NCBI GenBank assembly: GCA_963555985.3 | Contig: OY820591.1 | Coordinates: 2,304,001-2,368,000 of the forward strand | Direction of reading: 5' to 3' | DNA: 64,000 nt | From: Dehalococcoidia bacterium | GTDB lineage: Bacteria; Chloroflexota; Dehalococcoidia; Bin125 | In this document: piece by piece, positions 57,446 to 64,000 of the stretch | Layout of the letters: each line of letters opens with the position of its first letter | Position numbering within the stretch: position 1 is the stretch's first letter | The notes under the pieces: model-generated | Told to the model about the DNA's origin: nothing | What the model saw: the letters and a program-made list of their open reading frames with translations, nothing else | Databases searched by the model: none | Made by a program: the position numbers and the translations under genes

Positions 57446-57454
57446 GTGTGTGTC

Positions 57455-58120
57455 TTAGGGCAAGCGCTGGGCGCGGAAGTGGTGGGAGGCGAAGGCGAGG
57501 CCGGATTCGATCCGAATCATGGCGCGGTCGGCGATCAGTTCGTTGCTCGTGCCTTGGCCCAGACCCCTGGTGAACGTTGCGTCGATCAGGGGCCACTTGA
57601 GGCCGACGGTCGTAATCCCGCTGACTTGCTCGCTGACGGCGGTGATAGATACGTAGTCGCCGGGGCTGCCGTGGAAGTGGGTTTCGCGGACGCCGTCGCC
57701 ACGCAGCACAGTGATGGCTGTCCAGCCATCGACGGTCCAGGTGGGGACGTCTCGCAGCGTGGGATGAGTCAAGAGGTAAAGATTGGCAACAGCGTGATCC
57801 TGGCGGGGGCCGCCAAGCAGGCCGACGACGATGATGCTGGTCGCGCCTCGCTTGAGGGCGAGTTCGATGGCGACATCGCCGTCGGTGCGCTCTTCGGGCG
57901 CAGGATGGGGGGCGAACTCGACGCCGGCGGCGCGGAGGCCGAAGAGATCGTCGCCTGGGAGCGAGTCGAGATCGCCGATCACGACGTGCGGCGTGAAGCC
58001 GAGCGGGCGCAGGCGAGAGGCGCCGCTGTCGGCGGCGACGATCAGGCCCGCGCCCATGAGGGCATTGCGCACCAGCGGGGAGTCGTGGATCTCACCCGCG
58101 AGTGCGACGACAGCTTGCAT
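57455..58120 (-). CDS. thiN: Thiamine diphosphokinase
   Basis: AADSGA, IGDLDS, TDGDVA, GGPRQDHAVAN, GLKWPL, GTSNE. Confidence 0.9.
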   Translation of the reverse strand: MQAVVALAGEIHDSPLVRNALMGAGLIVAADSGASRLRPLGFTPHVVIGDLDSLPGDDLFGLRAAGVEFAPHPAPEERTDGDVAIELALKRGATSIIVVGLLGGPRQDHAVANLYLLTHPTLRDVPTWTVDGWTAITVLRGDGVRETHFHGSPGDYVSITAVSEQVSGITTVGLKWPLIDATFTRGLGQGTSNELIADRAMIRIESGLAFASHHFRAQRLP

Positions 58121-58141
58121 GGCGCTCTCGCCAGCTCGGCC

Positions 58142-59383
58142 TTAGTCGGTTACCGGCTCGGGTTCGGGAGCGGATTCGGCTCCGTTGCTGGAGGCTTGAG
58201 CGGCTTCGAGTCCCTGGCGGAAAGCTTCGGGGAGTTCCTTGCCGGCGTCGGCGAAGGCTTTGGCCATCGCCTTTTGGCCTGCTCCGAAGATGTCGAGTTG
58301 ACGATCCTCAACGAAATCGCGTGAGGCGACGAGGCGATCGAGTTGGCCCTGATAGCGCGGCGCGACGTAGCGCATGAGCAGTTCGTAGCTGCGCTTGGTC
58401 GCCTCAGTCGAAGCCCACTCGTGGTGCATCGAGAGCAAGCCGCCGACGCCGCCGGAGCGCTCGTGCAGGGCCTCGATCTGATCAACGGCGTCGTCGGGCG
58501 AACCGACGATCACCATGTTCTTGTCGATTGCCTCTTCGATCGTGTCGGCCATCTGCAGGGCGATACCGCCGCGACGACCCGGATCGCGCACGTCGCCGAC
58601 GTAGGCGCGCTTGAGGAAGCCCGCGCGCACATCTTCGATCGCCTGGGCGCGGGTCTCGGCGACATGGATCGCCAGCACCACGCGCCAGTTCTTGCGCGAG
58701 ACCTCGTGGCCGTTCTCGGCCGCCGCCTCTTCGTACCAGTCCCAGACGTTGCGCATGCCCTCGGAGTCGGCGCCGGCAACGGAGAGCAGGCTCGCGCCGT
58801 ACTTGCCGGCGAGCTGCGGGCCGGACGGCGTGAGGATCACCGCGACAGCCAGCTCGGGATGTGGATCCGAATACCAGGCCATTTGCAGGCGAGCTTCGGT
58901 CAGTGAGAACCAGTCGGTTTCCATCGAGACCGGTTCATCGCTGCGCGCGAGCTGCACGATGGCATCGAACGCCTCGGCCATCCGCTGCCGCTGGGTGGTG
59001 GGCTCGATCCCCATCTGCACCGCATCGGAGGTGAGCGCGCCGGGTCCCACGCCAAGCATCACCCGGCCACGGGTCTGGTGGTCGAGTTGGAGCAGGTCGT
59101 CAGCGATCATCAGCGGGTTGTGATAGGGCAGCGAGACGACACCGGTGCCGAGCCGGATGTGCTTGGTGCGCTCGGCCAGGGCGGCGATGAAGATCATCGG
59201 GTTGGAGATGATCTCGCGCGCAAAGGAGTGATGCTCGCCGATCCAGGCTTCGTCGTAGCCGAGGTCGTCAAGATGTTCGATCAGCTCCACGTCGCGCTGA
59301 AGCGCAAGGGTGGGATGCTCGCCGACATGGTGGAAGGGGGCCAGGAAGAGGCCGAACTTCATCCGTCTGGGTCGCCAGGACAT
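58142..59383 (-). CDS. LLM-class flavin-dependent monooxygenase (limonene monooxygenase-like)
   Basis: KFGLFLAPFH, AWIGEHHS, LGTGVVSLPYHNP, GVGPGALTSD. Confidence 0.9.
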   Translation of the reverse strand: MSWRPRRMKFGLFLAPFHHVGEHPTLALQRDVELIEHLDDLGYDEAWIGEHHSFAREIISNPMIFIAALAERTKHIRLGTGVVSLPYHNPLMIADDLLQLDHQTRGRVMLGVGPGALTSDAVQMGIEPTTQRQRMAEAFDAIVQLARSDEPVSMETDWFSLTEARLQMAWYSDPHPELAVAVILTPSGPQLAGKYGASLLSVAGADSEGMRNVWDWYEEAAAENGHEVSRKNWRVVLAIHVAETRAQAIEDVRAGFLKRAYVGDVRDPGRRGGIALQMADTIEEAIDKNMVIVGSPDDAVDQIEALHERSGGVGGLLSMHHEWASTEATKRSYELLMRYVAPRYQGQLDRLVASRDFVEDRQLDIFGAGQKAMAKAFADAGKELPEAFRQGLEAAQASSNGAESAPEPEPVTD

Positions 59384-59462
59384 GTGGGGTCTCCTGCCAT
59401 TCACTGAGTCCGATGGGCCAACGCCTTTGAGGATAGCGGTGTAAGAGGAGCGCAGAACGAGC

Positions 59463-59489
59463 GTTACCTTTTCGCCCCGCAATCCGTCT
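59463..59489 (+). promoter_or_regulatory. Putative ECF-sigma autoregulatory promoter
   Basis: GTTACC-N16-CGTCT upstream of the ECF operon. Confidence 0.5.
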
Positions 59490-59513
59490 TGTCTATAGAG
59501 GGGGAAAAGGACA

Positions 59514-59705
59514 TTGCGACTCCAGCTTGACTTGTCCGCTCGGACGACATGGGTTATGGCCGGGCTGCTGTTCGGCCTGTTCATCCCGCTGATTGTCTTC
59601 CTGTCCGGTGATGAATTCCTGCTGACGATCGTCGCCACCGCGATGGGCGCGGGCCTGGGGTTCGCGCTCTGGACGGCCTCGCAGAGGGGAACCGGACATG
59701 GTTGA
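59514..59705 (+). CDS. Small two-TM membrane protein
   Basis: Two hydrophobic helices, RBS AAAAGGA, overlaps the sigma gene start. Confidence 0.65.
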   Translation: MRLQLDLSARTTWVMAGLLFGLFIPLIVFLSGDEFLLTIVATAMGAGLGFALWTASQRGTGHG

Positions 59706-60318
59706 GATCCGGATCAGCCGGTCGCAACGGGCGGCTGAGGACCTTGACGCGCAGCGAGAGGCGGAAGTGTTCGTGTTTGACGACGAATCGGACGCTGTCC
59801 TCGTGCGGCGCTGGCAGCGTGGGGACATCGCCGCTGCCAGTGTGGCGATTCAGCGACACGAGGGGATGGTCTACGCGGCGGCCTTTCGCCTGCTGCGCAA
59901 TCACGCGCTGAGCGAGGACATCTCGCAAGACGCCTTCCTGCGTGCGCACGAACGGATCAACGAGCTTCGGCAGCCGGCGGCGTTCCCTGGTTGGGTCCGC
60001 CGGATCGCGGTACGTCTGGCGACCGACGAACTGCGCCGCGGCTCCTTCGTTGAGCTCAGCGACGACGAGCCAGACCCGGGGCCTGGTCCGGAAGCCACGG
60101 CAGAGACGCTGGACGCGCTGGAGCGGTTTCGAATGCAGCTCGATGGGTTGCCGCTGGCTCAGCGAGCGGTCGTCGTCCTGCGCGACGTGGAGGGGTTCTC
60201 GATTCGCGAGACGGCTGAGCAATTGGAGATCTCTGAGGCCGCGGTGAAGATGCGGCTCAGCCGGGCACGCGCCTCGCTGGCGCCGGACCGGCCGGCCGCG
60301 AGAGGTGAATCAGCATGA
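59698..60318 (+). CDS. ECF RNA polymerase sigma factor
   Basis: EDISQDAFLRA, FPGWVRRIAV, VVVLRDVEGFS...VKMRLSRAR. Confidence 0.92.
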   Translation: MVEIRISRSQRAAEDLDAQREAEVFVFDDESDAVLVRRWQRGDIAAASVAIQRHEGMVYAAAFRLLRNHALSEDISQDAFLRAHERINELRQPAAFPGWVRRIAVRLATDELRRGSFVELSDDEPDPGPGPEATAETLDALERFRMQLDGLPLAQRAVVVLRDVEGFSIRETAEQLEISEAAVKMRLSRARASLAPDRPAARGESA

Positions 60319-60620
60319 GCGACGCTGACATCGGACACCGACACTTCGACGACGAGCGGATCGAGGAACTGGCCCGCGCTCGACTCGACGGTGAGGAGAT
60401 CGAATTCGTTCCTGACGACTGCCAGGAGTGTGAGGCGCGGATCTCGGCCCAGGGACGCTATCACAGCCTGGCCCGCCTGCTGACCAGGGACACGCGGTCG
60501 CCGGAAGGGCAGCCAGCCGTGGAGGCCGTTCGCTCCATTCGCCGCCAGTCGTACCGCCGCCGGGCGCTGGGCGAGATTGCGGCCCTCCTGACCACTTCTC
60601 CGCTGAAAGCGCGGGTGTGA
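60315..60620 (+). CDS. Putative anti-sigma factor (degenerate ZAS, CxxC)
   Basis: ATGA-coupled to the sigma gene, LDGE...DDCQECEAR. Confidence 0.55.
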   Translation: MSDADIGHRHFDDERIEELARARLDGEEIEFVPDDCQECEARISAQGRYHSLARLLTRDTRSPEGQPAVEAVRSIRRQSYRRRALGEIAALLTTSPLKARV

Positions 60621-60621
60621 C

Positions 60622-61419
60622 GTGGACCAGCTCGTCGACCGATTCGAAACACTTGGCGCCGACGCCGCGCTCTATGCGCCGCGCCTGCTCGGGGCAGCCG
60701 CTTTCCTGTTGCTCGGTGTGGCCATCGCCTGGTTGATGGATCGCGCACTGCAGGCGATCTGCCGACGCATGCAACTGGATGAATCCAGCGGCGGCCAGCG
60801 ATTGCAGTTTTTGTTCTCGCTGGCCGGTTTCCAGACCAGTCCGAGCACCGCGCTGAGATGGGTAGTGCGCTGGACGCTGATCGTAGTGGCGGTGGCCCAG
60901 GCCGCGCGCTTTCTCGATCTCTACGTGGTCGCAAACGTGATCGACCGGCTCATCAACATCGCCCCGATCTTGCTCGTCGTCCTGGCCGTGGCCTTCATCG
61001 GCGCCGCGCTCAGCGAGCGTCTCTCCAGGGCGGCCCACGCCGCGGCCGAGCGGAGTGGCGCCATTCCGCCGACGCTCGTGGCCGGTACGGTCCGCGCGGC
61101 GATCCTGGCCGGAGCGCTGGCGCTGGCTCTCGAGGCGGCCGGCGTGACGGCCAACCTGCCCGTCGTCGTCCTGGCAATATGTCTGGCGGCCACGCTGGTG
61201 CTCGTGATCGCCGCCCTGGTGATCGGCGCGCGGGGCCTGCTCGAAAACCTGCTCGCCGCCCGCTACGTGGAAGAGCACTACATCGAGGGACAGATCGTCG
61301 AGTTCCACTCGGAGCGGGCCCAGATCCGTTCGATCGGTCTTTTGGCAACCGTCGTTCGCACCAGTGACGGGACTGACCACACGATGCCGAACGCGATGTT
61401 CCTGCGGGAATCGATCTGA
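60622..61419 (+). CDS. TM-helix-repeat / MscS-like membrane protein (CmpX-like)
   Basis: APRLLGAAAFLLLG, multiple TMs, ENLLAARYV...IGLLATVV...MPNA. Confidence 0.75.
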   Translation: MDQLVDRFETLGADAALYAPRLLGAAAFLLLGVAIAWLMDRALQAICRRMQLDESSGGQRLQFLFSLAGFQTSPSTALRWVVRWTLIVVAVAQAARFLDLYVVANVIDRLINIAPILLVVLAVAFIGAALSERLSRAAHAAAERSGAIPPTLVAGTVRAAILAGALALALEAAGVTANLPVVVLAICLAATLVLVIAALVIGARGLLENLLAARYVEEHYIEGQIVEFHSERAQIRSIGLLATVVRTSDGTDHTMPNAMFLRESI

Positions 61420-61479
61420 GTTCGGCGACCACACCGGAAGCGTCCGCGGCGACGCCGTCGCGGCCAGGCGAAAGGAACG

Positions 61480-61851
61480 ATGATGGCAACGGAAGAACAG
61501 CAGGCTCCCAGCGGACAACTCGAGATCGACGACAACGTCTTGGACCGGATTGCCGCCATGGCCGCGGAGGCGGTCGAGGGCGTCTATTCGCTCGGGCGCA
61601 GCGGCATCGCCGGTGCGATCGACAGCGTGCGCGGCGCCGGCGTGAGTTCCGAGCACGGACGGCGCGAGGCGGCCTTCGACTTCGACCTCGTGGTGCAGTG
61701 GGGTCAGAACATCCCCAGCGTCGTCGAAGAAGTACGAGCCAAAGTCGCTGAGGCGATTGAGACGATGACCAACCTGAAGACGGTGGAGATCAACATCCAC
61801 GTGCGGGACATCCATCGCGACGACGAGCCTGCGGGCCGCAAGCTGGATTAA
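61480..61851 (+). CDS. Asp23/Gls24-family envelope stress protein
   Basis: IDDNVLDRIAAMAAEAVEGV, IETMTNLKTVEINIHVRDI. Confidence 0.92.
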   Translation: MMATEEQQAPSGQLEIDDNVLDRIAAMAAEAVEGVYSLGRSGIAGAIDSVRGAGVSSEHGRREAAFDFDLVVQWGQNIPSVVEEVRAKVAEAIETMTNLKTVEINIHVRDIHRDDEPAGRKLD

Positions 61852-61896
61852 GGCCTGTATCGGCATCGACATGGCTGCAACGAGACGAGGATTAAG

Positions 61897-62508
61897 ATGC
61901 GCAGCGTTGCTCACTGGTTGAACACGCTCGTTGTAGCGGCCGGAGCGGTCGGCATGACGCTGGCCGCCGTCGGTGTCCTCCTCGTCCTCAGTGGCGCGCT
62001 CCAACCTGGTGCCGAAGCGCCGTTTCGCTGGTTCGCCAGCCAACTGACGCTGGCGCAGGAGCTTGGAGGGGGCGAAGCAACGCTCGCCTTCGCCCTCTCG
62101 GTCGTGGCCGGTCTGGCCGGCATCGCAATCACCCTGGCCGAGCTGCGGCTGCTGCTGCCCGCGGGCGCCGCGGCGCTGTTGATCAGCGATGACGAGTTAG
62201 GCCGGACCACGATCGAGCGGGATTCGGTCGAGTCGTTTCTAGCGTTGGTCGCGAGCTCGATTGAACGGGTCGAATCGGCGCATGTACGGGCCCGGGCCAA
62301 CCGCGACGGCAGCCTCAGCGTCAGCGCCGGGCTTAGCCTCAGTCCGAACCGGGAAACCGTGGTACCCAGCGCTGCAGCCGAAGCGCGCCGCGCGATGGCT
62401 GAGTCCGCATCCGCTCAGCTTGGCCTGGAAATCGTCGATCTGGTCGTCACCACCTCGATGCGGCCGACCCGCGCGGATCGAAAGCGCAGGCGGCTCCAAC
62501 TTGCCTAA
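61897..62508 (+). CDS. AmaP-like membrane anchor protein
   Basis: Two N-terminal TMs followed by an Asp23-like domain (GRTTIERDSVE). Follows Asp23. Confidence 0.65.
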   Translation: MRSVAHWLNTLVVAAGAVGMTLAAVGVLLVLSGALQPGAEAPFRWFASQLTLAQELGGGEATLAFALSVVAGLAGIAITLAELRLLLPAGAAALLISDDELGRTTIERDSVESFLALVASSIERVESAHVRARANRDGSLSVSAGLSLSPNRETVVPSAAAEARRAMAESASAQLGLEIVDLVVTTSMRPTRADRKRRRLQLA

Positions 62509-62555
62509 GCCGCGCGCGAGGCACCTCCAGCTTCGACGTTCGCAGGATTGTACGC

Positions 62556-63515
62556 CTAGCCCAGAACCTGAGGATTCACAATCGCTTCGGGCCTGTTTCC
62601 GCTCACGACGTTGACCACGTTGCGAGTCGCCAGGGCACGCATGGCGTAGCGGGTTTCTTCGGTGGCGGTTCCGATGTGGGGGAAGCTGATCACGTTAGGG
62701 AGCTTGACGATTGGCTCGTCCGGGTCGGGGGGCTCGTCCTCGAGCACGTCGAGACCGGCTCCGGCTATCTGGTTGGCGACGAGTGCGTTGTGCAGGGCTT
62801 TCTGGTCGACGGCGGGGCCGCGCGACGTGTTGATCAGGTACGCGGTCGGCTTCATCAACGCGATCTCGCGCGCGCCGATCATGTGCCGCGACGACTGGTT
62901 GAGATCGGTGTGGACGCTGACGAAGTCGGACTCGGCGAGCAGTTCGTCGAGGGTGCGCTTTTCGGCCGGCGGCGCGTCGGCGGGCGGGTTGTCGTAGATG
63001 TCGTACCAGAGCACCTTCATGCCGGCGAAGTTGGCGCGGCGGGCCACTTCCTGGCCAATGCGTCCGAAGCCGACGATGCCGATGGTCTTGCCCAGGGGGT
63101 CGTTGGCCAGACCGGGATACGGCTCGCGGCGTCCCCAGCCACCGGAGCGGTTGTAGGCCTCGAACTCCATCAGATGGCGCGAGAGCATGAGCAGGAAGGC
63201 CATGGTCAGGTCGGCGACGGCGGCGCTGAGCACGCCGGGCGTGTTGCAGAGGGCGATGCCGTTGGCGGTGAGGAAGGGCACATCAAAGGCGTCGAAGCCG
63301 ACTGAGGTCGTCGCTACGACTTTCAGGTTGGGGGCGAGGTCGACGACCTGCTGGTCGATGGTGATCAGCGGGTTGCCCAGCACGCCGTCGGCGTCTTTGA
63401 CCGCTTCGAGGAACGCGCCGCGGTCGCGTCCGTCAACGACCCGAACATCGCCGGCCTCAGCGAGCATGTCGTGGAGTTCGTCTTCAATCGGTACGGCTTG
63501 GACGATGGTGGGCAT
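62556..63515 (-). CDS. D-isomer-specific 2-hydroxyacid dehydrogenase (glyoxylate reductase-like)
   Basis: NTPGVL, GIVGFGRIG, INTSRG, GLDVLEDEP, PHIGTAT. Confidence 0.93.
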   Translation of the reverse strand: MPTIVQAVPIEDELHDMLAEAGDVRVVDGRDRGAFLEAVKDADGVLGNPLITIDQQVVDLAPNLKVVATTSVGFDAFDVPFLTANGIALCNTPGVLSAAVADLTMAFLLMLSRHLMEFEAYNRSGGWGRREPYPGLANDPLGKTIGIVGFGRIGQEVARRANFAGMKVLWYDIYDNPPADAPPAEKRTLDELLAESDFVSVHTDLNQSSRHMIGAREIALMKPTAYLINTSRGPAVDQKALHNALVANQIAGAGLDVLEDEPPDPDEPIVKLPNVISFPHIGTATEETRYAMRALATRNVVNVVSGNRPEAIVNPQVLG

Positions 63516-63593
63516 GGTTCGGTCTTTCAGTTGTGGTGGGTTGGGTGAATGGTAGGACAGAGGCTCTCACCTAGAGGGAGAAGGGACGTTCGT

Positions 63594-64000
63594 TTAGGGG
63601 GGGTCGACAACGAGATCGGTGGTCACGATGGCGAAGACGCCCCCTGAGTCACGGACCGGCACGGAGCGTGTGATCATCCATACGTCACCGCCGCCGGCGT
63701 CGAAGTACGGGTCGGTCCAGATCCCCGCGCCGGAAGCCAGCGGCGCGGTGAACCAATCCTGTGTTTCGATTTGGTAGTCAGGATCGGCTAAGTCAGTCGT
63801 GACGTAGCCGCCAGCCGCGCGGTACACATAGGGACTTGCGATGACCGCGCCCGAGCGGTCGAGCAACGCGGCCGCGCTGCCGAAGAATGACGGGTGGTCC
63901 TCCAGGTACGAGCGCAGGCGCTGCACGTACTCGGCAACATCCCCCGGTGGATCCGCGGCCAAGTCCGCTGCCAACACGTCCAGCGCGGCAGCCGCTGCGC
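63594..64000 (-). CDS. Cache (dCache) sensor-domain protein, 5' end outside the window
   Basis: SPYVYR, QDWFTAP, WTDPYFDAGGGDVWMITRSVPV. Confidence 0.8.
   Translation of the reverse strand, partial: AAAAALDVLAADLAADPPGDVAEYVQRLRSYLEDHPSFFGSAAALLDRSGAVIASPYVYRAAGGYVTTDLADPDYQIETQDWFTAPLASGAGIWTDPYFDAGGGDVWMITRSVPVRDSGGVFAIVTTDLVVDPP

Overview
This is a high-GC bacterial chromosomal window. The gene content suggests Chloroflexota/Dehalococcoidia (SAR202- or sponge-symbiont-like), which is an inference. It holds about 60 protein genes, and I recognised no rRNA, tRNA or CRISPR array. Catabolic paralogues are expanded: 3 family III CoA-transferases, 5 luciferase-like monooxygenases, a MaoC pair and a crotonase. 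Accessory DNA includes an IS30 element inside a decayed Uma2 gene, an MmeI-like restriction-modification gene flanked by a duplicated gene end, and a DUF4209/HEPN-like gene. Metal and sulfur functions include an Fe3+ ABC transporter, a zinc-homeostasis cluster and cysDN-tupABC. Also present are pyk, a CIRCE-controlled lone groEL and an ECF-sigma/Asp23 operon. The strongest hidden signal is a ferredoxin-thioredoxin reductase catalytic subunit whose CHC motif is encoded C-H-UGA. The UGA is followed by a SECIS-like hairpin with an AGGUCU apex and an open frame, so this is a probable selenoprotein truncated by the ORF track. Other highlights are a 62-aa His/Cys metallothionein-like gene, a Cys-rich repeat tail on the Zn permease, a zinc-ribbon protein with a GroEL-like GGM/His tail near a tail-less groEL, and a recurring REP-promoter-LexA-like-box-ORFan architecture.
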